Shown: positions 39,340 through 48,569, counted from the stretch's first letter. The stretch: DNA of 64,000 nt from Patescibacteria group bacterium UBA1396 (GCA_002305195.1 DBQK01000007.1:47676-111675), one strand, 5' to 3'. Program-made: numbers and translations. The notes: a model not told the origin generated them from the sequence alone.

Positions 39340-40079
39340 TTCTTAATAACGTTAGCTGTAATAGTTGCTGAAAGTTGGGGAAAATTTTGATTGTCGGTAT
39401 CAATGTAAATAGTTCTGGTCAGATCTCCTAAGTCAGTATCGTCTTTGTGTACCGCTGGATTAAAAGAAACCTTCACCAGGGTTGATTCATAAGGCTCCAG
39501 AGAATCTTTTTCTACTTCTGCGCTAGTGCAACTGCAGGAAGTTGACACTTTTGTTATTTCAAGTTTCTGAGTGGAGAAGTTGGTTAGGGTAAACTCGGCT
39601 TCAGAAATTTCTCCATATATTACGGTTCCTAAGTCACGAGTTACTGGGCTGATTTCAATAGCTTCATTTTGTTCTTTATAGCCGTTAATTCCACCAGCTA
39701 AATTAATAACATTGGTATACCCAAGATTCTTGAGTTCAACAGCGGCTTCTTGACTCATTGATCCTGATCGGCAATAAACAAGAATTTGGGTATTCTTGTC
39801 TGAAGGTAACTGTTGCAGATTATCAGATATCTCATTGTAAGGGATGAAGGCATCAGTGCCTGGGATATGACTTTGTTCTGGAATATGAACATCCAGCAAG
39901 AAAGCATTATCATTTTTAGATAGTTGTATAAACTCAGCTGTATCAACACTAGTTATCTGGTAATCAAAACCACTCAGCTCAGATTCAGCCTCATTTGTGT
40001 ATCTGGTTAACCAATATGTTGCACCGATACTTATAATAAAAGTTATTATCAGAAAAATTGTAATAATTCTTTTATACAT
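39336..40079 (-). CDS. membrane-anchored rhodanese (sulfurtransferase) fused to a DUF1573 domain
   Basis: Rhodanese region LLDVHIPEQSHIPGTDAFIP...ILVYCRSGSMSQEAA..L..LGYTNVINLAGGINGY with an active-site Cys loop. C-terminal EFTLTNFSTQKLEITKVSTSCSCTSAEV is a DUF1573-type region. N-terminal TM. Confidence 0.75.
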   Translation of the reverse strand: MYKRIITIFLIITFIISIGATYWLTRYTNEAESELSGFDYQITSVDTAEFIQLSKNDNAFLLDVHIPEQSHIPGTDAFIPYNEISDNLQQLPSDKNTQILVYCRSGSMSQEAAVELKNLGYTNVINLAGGINGYKEQNEAIEISPVTRDLGTVIYGEISEAEFTLTNFSTQKLEITKVSTSCSCTSAEVEKDSLEPYESTLVKVSFNPAVHKDDTDLGDLTRTIYIDTDNQNFPQLSATITANVIKK

Positions 40080-40082
40080 ACG

Positions 40083-41006
40083 TTATGCTCCACAACTAGT
40101 GCCTACGTTTTCTGTTCCTGGAATATTTCCAATTTGTTTCTTAATGTCTTGATAGCCTTGGGCACTACTATATTCAGCTGAGAGAACTGTTTGGGGGTTA
40201 ACATCTTCCCAAGCTATACCCTTTTCGGTTTCAAAATAATATGCTAGATCGACATAGGTAGTTGTAAACCAGTAGGAGTTAAAGGCTAAAGATGCCTCAT
40301 ACATTTCTTCTGAGGTCGCACCATTGGCAGCCATTAGTTCCAAAAGACCTAGAATCGCCATACCATGGTTGCAATCGGGAAAACTGGTTGGGTTGCCGCA
40401 GCAGGGTCGATAAATATTACCGCTTACCTCTGTCACCAAATCTTGCTGTTGTTGAGTTAAAGGTATGATTTCAGTGCTTGAGTATAAACTAACCGCATCA
40501 CGCTTGCCCAAAGTCCAGCCACCTGTTGAAGCAAAATTACCGATTCTATCTTGATATTCAGTGCCCATTACTCCTTTGGTTAAGACATCGCTTTTTTGTG
40601 TTAAACCTAACGCCCAAAGAGTGTTTACCCAAAAGTAAGCATTCTTAGGTGTAATGGTGATGCCTTCATTTTTTTTCTCGGTTAAATATGTAAGTAATTC
40701 TTGATAATCTGAATCAGGGTAGTTTTCTCTAAACTTTTCTAAATCAATGCCGCCTGCCTGAACTAATTTTAATCCAGTTTCTCCCCAATTTATATCAACG
40801 CTATAACCTTCATTAGGAGCTACTGTGTTGGCTAAAGAATTAGCGTCTAATGCTTTAGCTGCATTTTGTACTTCTGCATTATTGGCAATTTTTGGAGGTA
40901 CCAAAATATCAGAGTTTCTAACTATTAATAGGTAGGCGACTGTTAGTCCCAAGCCAGCAATTAGTATATCTTTTTTGTTATTTTTTAATCTGTTTATTAT
41001 TCTCAT
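40083..41006 (-). CDS. hypothetical membrane-anchored exported protein with CCGNPTSFPDCNHG motif
   Basis: 307 aa. N-terminal TM (ILIAGLGLTVAYLLIV). Cys/His cluster YRPCCGNPTSFPDCNHGMAILG and a C-terminal TSCGA. No family recognised. Confidence 0.55.
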   Translation of the reverse strand: MRIINRLKNNKKDILIAGLGLTVAYLLIVRNSDILVPPKIANNAEVQNAAKALDANSLANTVAPNEGYSVDINWGETGLKLVQAGGIDLEKFRENYPDSDYQELLTYLTEKKNEGITITPKNAYFWVNTLWALGLTQKSDVLTKGVMGTEYQDRIGNFASTGGWTLGKRDAVSLYSSTEIIPLTQQQQDLVTEVSGNIYRPCCGNPTSFPDCNHGMAILGLLELMAANGATSEEMYEASLAFNSYWFTTTYVDLAYYFETEKGIAWEDVNPQTVLSAEYSSAQGYQDIKKQIGNIPGTENVGTSCGA

Positions 41007-41010
41007 ATGA

Positions 41011-41550
41011 CTACTTCCTCACCATTGCAGTTAACATAAAATTTAACTGTGGGTTTGAGGGATCGTTGGTATCTACTTTTACCTGTCTATTTATCGGACC
41101 CACTCCACTTGGCCCATGAAACGCAGGGTCAAAAACAATCTTAAGCTGTGCCGTTTTACCACTTGGAACTTCAAGTGTATAGCCAGACTTGGTATGCATA
41201 CCAAAAATGGGCGAACTTTCTTCAGCATAACTGAGTTGGGCAGTAGTACACATACAAGATGTTTCTACGTTAGATAATATTAAAGAATCATTTCCAGCAT
41301 TTGTTATCTCAAATACTTTTTCAACATTACCATCATTAATTTCTATTTCTCCCCAATTGTAAGTAAATTCATCAATCACGGCTTTTGCTTCTGGATTTAT
41401 CTGAACTTCAGCTGGACTATTAATTGTTGAAGCAAGATATACTCCTGGAATTAACAATATAATTATGGCCACAAATGTGAGGATCATAAATTTGTTTTTT
41501 CCCAGCAAGCTATTTTGTTGTACTGGTTTAGCTTGAGATTTCATACGCAA
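41011..41550 (-). CDS. DUF1573 domain protein (membrane-anchored, exported)
   Basis: FEITNAGNDSLILSNVETSCMCTTAQL and later FDPAFHGPSGVG. The track start is a TTG at 41550. An ATG at 41544 with a GGAGG SD 10 nt upstream is the alternative. Confidence 0.7.
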   Translation of the reverse strand: MRMKSQAKPVQQNSLLGKNKFMILTFVAIIILLIPGVYLASTINSPAEVQINPEAKAVIDEFTYNWGEIEINDGNVEKVFEITNAGNDSLILSNVETSCMCTTAQLSYAEESSPIFGMHTKSGYTLEVPSGKTAQLKIVFDPAFHGPSGVGPINRQVKVDTNDPSNPQLNFMLTAMVRK

Positions 41551-41594
41551 CAGACCTCCGGTAATAATTAATTTTTAATTGCCCCAGTTATTTG

Positions 41595-41639
41595 AGAATA
41601 CATATTAGGTATTCTGAATATGTAATATAAAGTTGTCAA
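41595..41639 (-). promoter_or_regulatory. putative operon promoter (TTGACA-17-CAGAAT) with palindromic operator AGAATAC-N7-GTATTCT
   Basis: On the minus strand: TTGACA (41639-41634), a 17-nt spacer, CAGAAT (41616-41611). The perfect 7-7-7 inverted repeat at 41595-41615 overlaps the -10 and start region. The core at 41598-41612 is identical to 17754-17768. Confidence 0.5.
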
Positions 41640-41702
41640 CCACCAATTTAATGATTATATTAGGCACGACGTAAAGAACTTAACAAAATGAGAAGATAAT
41701 TC

Positions 41703-41963
41703 TTATTTTTTCTCTCTATGTGGGCAACCTGCCCAGCAGCACGGTCGGCGCATTCCCTTAGTCAGTTTTGAATTAGCTTGTTTAATTCGACGTAAACGAG
41801 TTTCAGATTTCTTAGCCGAAATCACCCAACAGATCCACTCGTTACGTGCTAAGGGGGTTATATCTTCCCAAGCTGTTACGGCAACCTTAGAAGAAAGCAG
41901 AGATTTGTTTAAATCAGCCGGTATCCTGTGAGCAACCCCGCCTGTCAATTTGGTTTTCGCCAT
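41703..41963 (-). CDS. YdeI/OmpD-associated (OmdA) family protein
   Basis: ITPLARNEWICWVISAKKSETRLRRI...GMRRPCCWAGCPHR matches the YdeI/OmdA C-terminal pattern as recalled. Confidence 0.6.
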   Translation of the reverse strand: MAKTKLTGGVAHRIPADLNKSLLSSKVAVTAWEDITPLARNEWICWVISAKKSETRLRRIKQANSKLTKGMRRPCCWAGCPHREKK

Positions 41964-42019
41964 ACAAATTAATTATTTTATAACTTACGATCAAATACAA
42001 GACGCTAATAAAACTTGCT

Positions 42020-43105
42020 TCATTTTAAGTACTGGTTAATATTCTGCTGATGCTGGTCATAAGTTTTTGCGTAATACATTTGGGTGCCACTTAAATTAGA
42101 AATGTAATATAAGTTATCGGTGTCGGTTGGATTTGCAGCCGCAATAATTGCGTTTAAACCGGGGTTAGAAATTGGTCCGGCTGGCAGTCCAGGCTGCTGG
42201 TAGGTGTTATATGGTGAATCTAATTGCTTATCTGTGGCTGTTGGGGTTGGCCACCAAGTATTATTTTCAGCATCGAAGCCTTTAGCATATTGTAATGTGG
42301 CATCAACCTGGAGTGGCATCCCCAATTCTAAACGGTTGTGCAAGATTCCTGACACCATTGCCATATCGGCAGGTTTTTTTGCCTCTCTTTCAATAATTGA
42401 AGCCAGGATAATTATTTCTTTTTCATTTAATGGTGATCTATACGTTTGATCACGGAGATTTTCTTGAGCAATTTTTTCATAGTGATTTCTTAAAAGCTTA
42501 CAAGTTTGAGTTGTATTAAAGTTCAGTGGCACGAGGTATGTCTCTGGGTAAAGATAACCTTCATGATTTAAGCATTCGGTTTTAAACTCATCACCAGCGC
42601 TATCAAAATTTGGCAAGCTATTAGCTAAATAATCACCTATTTCGCCGGCTCGCCAACCTTCTTTGATGGTAATCCAAACATCATCTGTGCCTTTAGTTAA
42701 ATTTTCGGCAATAGTTTTTGGAGAATCAGCTGGTGATAAATTGAAAGAGCCTGCCTGAAGTTTCCCGGTCAAGTCATTTTGCCATACCAAAAACTGAAAA
42801 AACAGGCTAGATCGAATAAGGTTAGCGCTTTGTAATTGTTCGCCAATTTGGGAGGCACCACTGCCTGGTTTAATAACGATCTTGATGTTATCGGTAGCTA
42901 TTGGTTGGGCCGGTTGGCTTGCCCACCAATAAAAAAATGCAGCTGCACCCACTAAAATTAATAATAGTATGGTCGTTAATTTTAAAAACAAATTATTCAA
43001 TATATTTGAAAAGTTTTTTGAAAATGTCATAACAGGATCCCTATTGTAGTTTTTGCTTGAGTTGCTTATAAGATTGTAAATGAAAGTTTTAACCTTGTTC
43101 ATCAA
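42020..43105 (-). CDS. mltG: endolytic murein transglycosylase MltG (YceG-like)
   Basis: N-terminal TM, ILASIIEREA and LQVDATLQYA motifs. Confidence 0.85.
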   Translation of the reverse strand: MMNKVKTFIYNLISNSSKNYNRDPVMTFSKNFSNILNNLFLKLTTILLLILVGAAAFFYWWASQPAQPIATDNIKIVIKPGSGASQIGEQLQSANLIRSSLFFQFLVWQNDLTGKLQAGSFNLSPADSPKTIAENLTKGTDDVWITIKEGWRAGEIGDYLANSLPNFDSAGDEFKTECLNHEGYLYPETYLVPLNFNTTQTCKLLRNHYEKIAQENLRDQTYRSPLNEKEIIILASIIEREAKKPADMAMVSGILHNRLELGMPLQVDATLQYAKGFDAENNTWWPTPTATDKQLDSPYNTYQQPGLPAGPISNPGLNAIIAAANPTDTDNLYYISNLSGTQMYYAKTYDQHQQNINQYLK

Positions 43106-43481
43106 GAAAGTCTTGTAAAATTAAAGCGGCAGCGAAATGATCAATTTTGCCCTGGTATTTTTTTTTATTAGGTTTAGAGCTGTGTAATTTATGCTTAACT
43201 TGTTCTGAGCTAAAACTTTCATCTACAAAAGTGATGGGGAGATTGAATTCCGATTGCAATGTTTTGCCAAAGTTTTGACTAAGTTCGGCCATTTGTCTTT
43301 CACTAACGCCGATTACAAATTGGCTAGGTTTGAATTGATCGACTAACTGTTTTATATTTGACCATATTTTTTCATCGTTTGGTAAAATTTGTAATGGTTC
43401 AGCCAGTGACCCTTTAGAAAGAGCAACACCAATGCGCTTTAGACCATAATCAAAAGCTAGTATAGGATTTTGTTGAGTCAT
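43089..43481 (-). CDS. ruvX: Holliday-junction-resolvase-like nuclease YqgF/RuvX
   Basis: ILAFDYGLKRIGVA...VDESFSS...DHFAAALILQ. Confidence 0.85.
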   Translation of the reverse strand: MTQQNPILAFDYGLKRIGVALSKGSLAEPLQILPNDEKIWSNIKQLVDQFKPSQFVIGVSERQMAELSQNFGKTLQSEFNLPITFVDESFSSEQVKHKLHSSKPNKKKYQGKIDHFAAALILQDFLDEQG

Positions 43482-44368
43482 TGAGTTTTTTCTAACTGAG
43501 CGATTACTACACCGCGTCGTAAGTAGGTTCCTTCAGGCACACAGGTAATTAATTTTAAATATTTTCCACTAGTGTTTTGTTCAAGAATAAACATATCTTC
43601 TGGTTTAACCTCAACTTTGTCGATAACAGAATAAATATACTTTATTCCGTCATACTCTATTTCAATTTCATCACCATTTTTCATTGTCATTATGGTACTA
43701 AAAATTGATAAATAGCGGCGTGGATTTTTTAAGCTAGGATTGTAAAATTGGCGCAACACCGAATGACCAAATATGACCGGTGCACCTTCCTGACCAGGAT
43801 CGGCAGTGCCAGGATATTGAATCAAGTTATCATCCAAGTTGAGACCGCCGATTTTTACTTTGGCCGACTCAATGCCAAGTGAAGGAATATTTAATGTGTA
43901 CTCATCTACCTGATTTTGTTTTTCAGATGAAGAAGCGTTAACAACCGGCAGCTCGGAATCAGGGAACCAACTGTTCAGATTGGTATAATCCAGCTCTTGA
44001 TAAATAATTTTAGGCTTAAATTCATTAGCCAGGGCTGTGCCGGTAGTAGTTTCTTTTGTTTGCTCAACGAAAGTGTTTTGCCCACGAGCCGAAATTAACT
44101 GGGCTTTTTGTAATTGCGGTGAAGTAAAGGCAAAATAGGATACTACTGGCCAGAGGGCATTGGCTAAAATGACACTGCCCAATGTAATCATTATGCCAGG
44201 CATTAATCTTACGAAGCGCGATTTTGTTTTAATGGTTCTTTTGCGCCAGATAATTTTTCGACGATAGGCATTTAGCCACTGTTGTTTTTGGTGTTGCAGT
44301 AACTGTCGATAAGCCTCTTCCTTGTGACAAAGCTGGGGTATCGTAGCGGCTGTTAGTAGTTTGCCCAT
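43478..44368 (-). CDS. sortase family transpeptidase (second copy)
   Basis: TM helix then PVIFGHSVL (His), LKLITCVP (Cys) and RRGVVIAQ (Arg). Confidence 0.75.
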   Translation of the reverse strand: MGKLLTAATIPQLCHKEEAYRQLLQHQKQQWLNAYRRKIIWRKRTIKTKSRFVRLMPGIMITLGSVILANALWPVVSYFAFTSPQLQKAQLISARGQNTFVEQTKETTTGTALANEFKPKIIYQELDYTNLNSWFPDSELPVVNASSSEKQNQVDEYTLNIPSLGIESAKVKIGGLNLDDNLIQYPGTADPGQEGAPVIFGHSVLRQFYNPSLKNPRRYLSIFSTIMTMKNGDEIEIEYDGIKYIYSVIDKVEVKPEDMFILEQNTSGKYLKLITCVPEGTYLRRGVVIAQLEKTQ

Positions 44369-44391
44369 AGGTTGGTTGGTATTTTTAATTT

Positions 44392-46626
44392 TTATTTACT
44401 GATTTCGATGTTAATTTTGACCGGATCAGCGGGAAGTTTCTGAAGAATAAACTTTGACCAACTTGGGCTTAATGCAATTGACACCGATTTAACACCTGGT
44501 TTTCTCTCGAGTAGGGTTTGACCCCGACTAATGAACTCACTAGCTACTTGATTTTTCAATTCATTAATATCTAGTTGGGGTTCCGCCGGAACCGAGATTT
44601 TGGTTTCCAACCGCGGCGACTCTTCTGGTGAACTAATGAGTTTGGAGTCACTAACCTCCAGCTGATCGGCAATTAAGTTATAACTAACCGGGATTTCATC
44701 GGCCAAAATAGTTTCTGCTCTATCAATTAGATCATCAATTTTAAGTTGATACGCCTTGCCTGAAACAGTTAAAACAACATTTACAAATTTGGCTTCTTGA
44801 CCTACAGCCACCGAAGTTTGCTGATCCTCGATTTTATACTGGTCAGTGATGATAACCGGCGATGCTTGATTGCCTTTTGAGCTTAAAATTTCCTGAAGTT
44901 GTCCCTCAGCTTCTTCAAGTAAGCTTGATACCGTATCGGTAATATCTTTTTCAGCCACCGCTTGAATTTCACGACTGCTACCACCCTCGAAGGCTTTATC
45001 ATTGGTGGCGGTGAAAGATGACGAGCCATAGTCATCAACCGCAAACTCTTGTTTTTCCGGTAGGTTGCCGTCAGGTCCAAACTCAGCGGCGGTGACTTTA
45101 GCGGTTTGTTCTCCATAAACTATTGTCCGTGAATTTCGCTCTTCCCTAGCAGAAGCAGATGCTACGGTCACTTCTTCATCTAAGGTAAAAACATGATCGC
45201 CGGTGCTAATTTCAGTTCCCTGAGAAAAAGTTGCTGGTTCGCTGGTTTTGTTATAGATAATAACTTCGCCCTTAGCCGGATCGCCGGTTAACTTTGTACC
45301 TGTAGTGGCAACTTCTCTCGATACCGTGATTGATTCATTGATCTCATTGGCAGGAATAGTTTCGGCTGCTTCAGCGGGTGAATCTTGGTTTACGGTTAAG
45401 TTTAGTTGTGTTGTGGTGCTTAGCTGTTCTGGTTCGATGACGATTTGGATATTAGCCTGATAAGAAGTTTTCAGTAGCCAATAAAGCGATCCGGTTCCAA
45501 GAATTAACAAGATGGTCACAGCACCTAACAATAAAGCGATCTTTGACTTTTTTCCCGAACTGAATTTACCAAGTTTAAAATTAGGTTTAAATTTGGCAGC
45601 AAGGTTAAAGTTAGAAAATTTTGGTAGGCTCAACTTCAAAGAGAATTTTTTCCTAGATTGATCATTAGCTCTGGTTTCTGTATTGATTACTGTGTCTTGA
45701 TCAGGATGAGATTTAAGTTCATCAAGGTGTGATTTCTCAATTGGTGGTTTAGAAACAGCATCTTTTTGGCTAGATTGCTCAAAATTAGAAGTTTGAGTCT
45801 TTAAAAAACTGGCCGGTCTGAAATCTCCGCTATTATTGTCTGGATTATTATTGGGGCTGCTTTGACTATTGTGGTTGTTATGATCCAATAACATTTGATT
45901 GTCTGCTATACCCAAAACTTCTCCACCACCTGAAATTATTACTATCTCAGCTAATTGCTGGGCGGAAATTAGCTCAACATTTTTCTGAGAGCGATTCTTT
46001 AAAATCGCTACAACTTGATCGTATTGATTGTCGGTTGGCGAAGTATCAAAGAAAATTATTTTTTGAAAAGAAATTTTATGTTTTTCTACTCTAGCCAACA
46101 ACTCCTCAATATCATTAATGGGCTGATCACTTTTGCCAATAGAGAAGGTTTGTTCAATTTCACTGTTAATAACTAAGGTGGCCTCCAATTTTTCTGGCTG
46201 GTGTTGGACAATTAAGCCAGAAAAACTTCCAGTATACTGTTGTTCTTGCCAAGTAATTAGACCATCCTGATAAATAACATAGCCAATCGGCTCCAAGACT
46301 AGCTCGGCTGAAAGATTTTTTAATATTTTCTTACTCTCATCATTTAAATTACCTTTTCGTGTCCAGGAATAAGGCACAACAAAAAGCACTTGTTTTAGGT
46401 TTAGAGTTTCATCACCTAATTCTTCTAGAGAAGTATCGACACTTTGAGCCAAAGTTTGATCATCCTTAACATTTACTAGGGATGATTTGGCAATGACCGT
46501 GATTTGACCGTTTATTTCCTGCCAAATCGACGACAGTACGTGGGTGCCAAAAAAAACAATAGATAAATACTGCGAGGAAACCGCTGACATATTTATCATT
46601 AAATCAGGATGGACCAGAGAGATCAA
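44392..46626 (-). CDS. large hypothetical bitopic membrane protein
   Basis: 744 aa. Cytoplasmic N-half, low-complexity NHNSQSSPNNNPDNNS, central TM IALLLGAVTILLILGTGSLYWLL and an extracytoplasmic C-half. ATGA overlap with the alaS stop. Confidence 0.6.
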   Translation of the reverse strand: MISLVHPDLMINMSAVSSQYLSIVFFGTHVLSSIWQEINGQITVIAKSSLVNVKDDQTLAQSVDTSLEELGDETLNLKQVLFVVPYSWTRKGNLNDESKKILKNLSAELVLEPIGYVIYQDGLITWQEQQYTGSFSGLIVQHQPEKLEATLVINSEIEQTFSIGKSDQPINDIEELLARVEKHKISFQKIIFFDTSPTDNQYDQVVAILKNRSQKNVELISAQQLAEIVIISGGGEVLGIADNQMLLDHNNHNSQSSPNNNPDNNSGDFRPASFLKTQTSNFEQSSQKDAVSKPPIEKSHLDELKSHPDQDTVINTETRANDQSRKKFSLKLSLPKFSNFNLAAKFKPNFKLGKFSSGKKSKIALLLGAVTILLILGTGSLYWLLKTSYQANIQIVIEPEQLSTTTQLNLTVNQDSPAEAAETIPANEINESITVSREVATTGTKLTGDPAKGEVIIYNKTSEPATFSQGTEISTGDHVFTLDEEVTVASASAREERNSRTIVYGEQTAKVTAAEFGPDGNLPEKQEFAVDDYGSSSFTATNDKAFEGGSSREIQAVAEKDITDTVSSLLEEAEGQLQEILSSKGNQASPVIITDQYKIEDQQTSVAVGQEAKFVNVVLTVSGKAYQLKIDDLIDRAETILADEIPVSYNLIADQLEVSDSKLISSPEESPRLETKISVPAEPQLDINELKNQVASEFISRGQTLLERKPGVKSVSIALSPSWSKFILQKLPADPVKINIEISK

Positions 46627-48503
46627 CTATCAGCCAACTTTAAATACAACCTACGAACACCAGAACCTATGTTTTTTTGTTTGATTAGTTGAATATGACC
46701 AATTTCACCGGTGTGTTTAACATGGGGTCCGCCGCAAAGTTCCTGGCTAATTATTTGATCGTTTTGCCCAATTGTATAAACACTGACTATATCCGGATAT
46801 TTTTCCTTAAAGAATGCCAGGGCACCGCCTTTTAGAGCTTCTGTTTTAGGCATTGTGGCTTGGGTAACCGGCCAATCAAGATCTATTTGTTCATTAACCC
46901 AGTTCTCTATTTGCTCAATTTCTGATTCAGATAAAGCTGATTGATGAGAAAAATCAAACCTTAATCGCGCGGCAGTGATATTGGAGCCTTCTTGATGAAT
47001 ATGATCACCTAAAAATTTTCTGAGAGCGGTATGTAGTAAGTGAGTGGCGGTGTGATATTTGGTGGCTGTTTCTGAATGATCAGCTAAACCTCCCTTATAT
47101 TTGCCAGCTGATTCTTGACGTGACTTTTCTTGGTGTTTAGCAAACTCAGCCTTGAAGGTATCTAGATTAATGCTTTGTCCTTTCTCTTCAGCAATTTCTC
47201 TAGTCATCTCTAGTGGAAAACCATAAGTTTGGTAAAGATCAAAAGCCTCCTGGCCGGTAAAATTTTGAATTTTTTCTGCTTGGACCAGACCCTTGTGCAG
47301 TGTTTTGCTAAATTTTGTGATTTCGGCAACTATTATGTCGATGATTTGATCAGCTTGTTTGGCAATTTCAGGATATTGAAGTTGGTACTGTTCATTATTT
47401 ACTATCGATTGCAGAATTTGTGTTACAGCCCCGTCAAGTTGTTCAATAGAAAGTCCAAGTTTGTAGAGTTCTCTGGCAGAGCGACGAATTAGCCGCCGCA
47501 AAACATAGCCTCTCTCCTTATTACTGGGGAAAACACCATCGCCAACAATAAAAACACCAGAGCGCAGATGATCGGCCACAATTCTGATTGAGCGACTATT
47601 GTTATTTTTGGTGCTGTCTTGATTAAAATTACCCTCTTGATATTTTTGGCTGGTAATATTTTCAATAACCTTGATTGTGGGAGAAAAAAGAGGAGATAAA
47701 AATAAGTCTGAACTGTTGGTTTTACCCTTAATCCAGTTCAGAATGCCGACCATTCTTTCTAAACCAAGGCCAGTATCGACATTATGCTGTTTTAACTTGG
47801 TGTAACTTCCATCACTATTTTTGTTGTACTGCATAAAGACGTTGTTCCAAATTTCGATGAAGTCAGAATTATCTGCTGCGGGTTCGTCCGAAAAACCGGC
47901 GGCAAATGGACTAGCTTTCCCAGTGTAATAAAAAATTTCTGTGTCAGGTCCACACGGTCCAGTGTTGCCGGCTGGTCCCCACCAATTTTCTGATTTGGGG
48001 TAATAAAAAATTCTTTTTTCAGGGTTAGAAACATTTTCGGAGGTAAAAATTTTCTGCCAAATTGCCGCTGATTCTTCATCCCTTGGCGCGTTTGTGTCGC
48101 CAGCAAAAACCGAAACAAACAGTTTTTCCTTATCAAGACCCAACCATTTAGGCGAGGTTAAAAATTCCCAACTCCAAAGAATTGCTTCGCGTTTAAAGTA
48201 ATCTCCAAGTGACCAATTGCCCAACATTTCAAAAAAGGTTAGGTGTGTTAAATCACCTACTTCATCAATGTCGGTGGTACGAACACATTTTTGTATACTA
48301 GCCAAACGCTTTCCACCTGGATGCGGTTGCCCAAGTAAATAAGGTACTAGAGGGTGCATACCAGCGGTAATAAATAAGGTAGTTGGATCATTATCTGGCA
48401 CCAAACTTGCCGAGGGAATAATCTGGTGATTTTTTGATTGAAAAAAATCTAAAAAAAGTTTTCGTAACTGATGTGGAGTCATGCTAACAATTTTAGCACG
48501 CAA
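46623..48503 (-). CDS. alaS: alanyl-tRNA synthetase, short form ending after the editing domain
   Basis: Class II core (FTNAGM-like FITAGMHP, GNWSLGDYFK), editing motifs HTATHLLH and CGGPHV. The likely start is the ATG at 48482 (MTPHQLRKLF); the track start is TTG. Confidence 0.9.
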   Translation of the reverse strand: MRAKIVSMTPHQLRKLFLDFFQSKNHQIIPSASLVPDNDPTTLFITAGMHPLVPYLLGQPHPGGKRLASIQKCVRTTDIDEVGDLTHLTFFEMLGNWSLGDYFKREAILWSWEFLTSPKWLGLDKEKLFVSVFAGDTNAPRDEESAAIWQKIFTSENVSNPEKRIFYYPKSENWWGPAGNTGPCGPDTEIFYYTGKASPFAAGFSDEPAADNSDFIEIWNNVFMQYNKNSDGSYTKLKQHNVDTGLGLERMVGILNWIKGKTNSSDLFLSPLFSPTIKVIENITSQKYQEGNFNQDSTKNNNSRSIRIVADHLRSGVFIVGDGVFPSNKERGYVLRRLIRRSARELYKLGLSIEQLDGAVTQILQSIVNNEQYQLQYPEIAKQADQIIDIIVAEITKFSKTLHKGLVQAEKIQNFTGQEAFDLYQTYGFPLEMTREIAEEKGQSINLDTFKAEFAKHQEKSRQESAGKYKGGLADHSETATKYHTATHLLHTALRKFLGDHIHQEGSNITAARLRFDFSHQSALSESEIEQIENWVNEQIDLDWPVTQATMPKTEALKGGALAFFKEKYPDIVSVYTIGQNDQIISQELCGGPHVKHTGEIGHIQLIKQKNIGSGVRRLYLKLADS

Positions 48504-48569
48504 TTAAATTCAAAATAACAAATTCTGCCTGGATAGTTAGTGTTTAGTTAGCTTATTTAGATGTATCGA

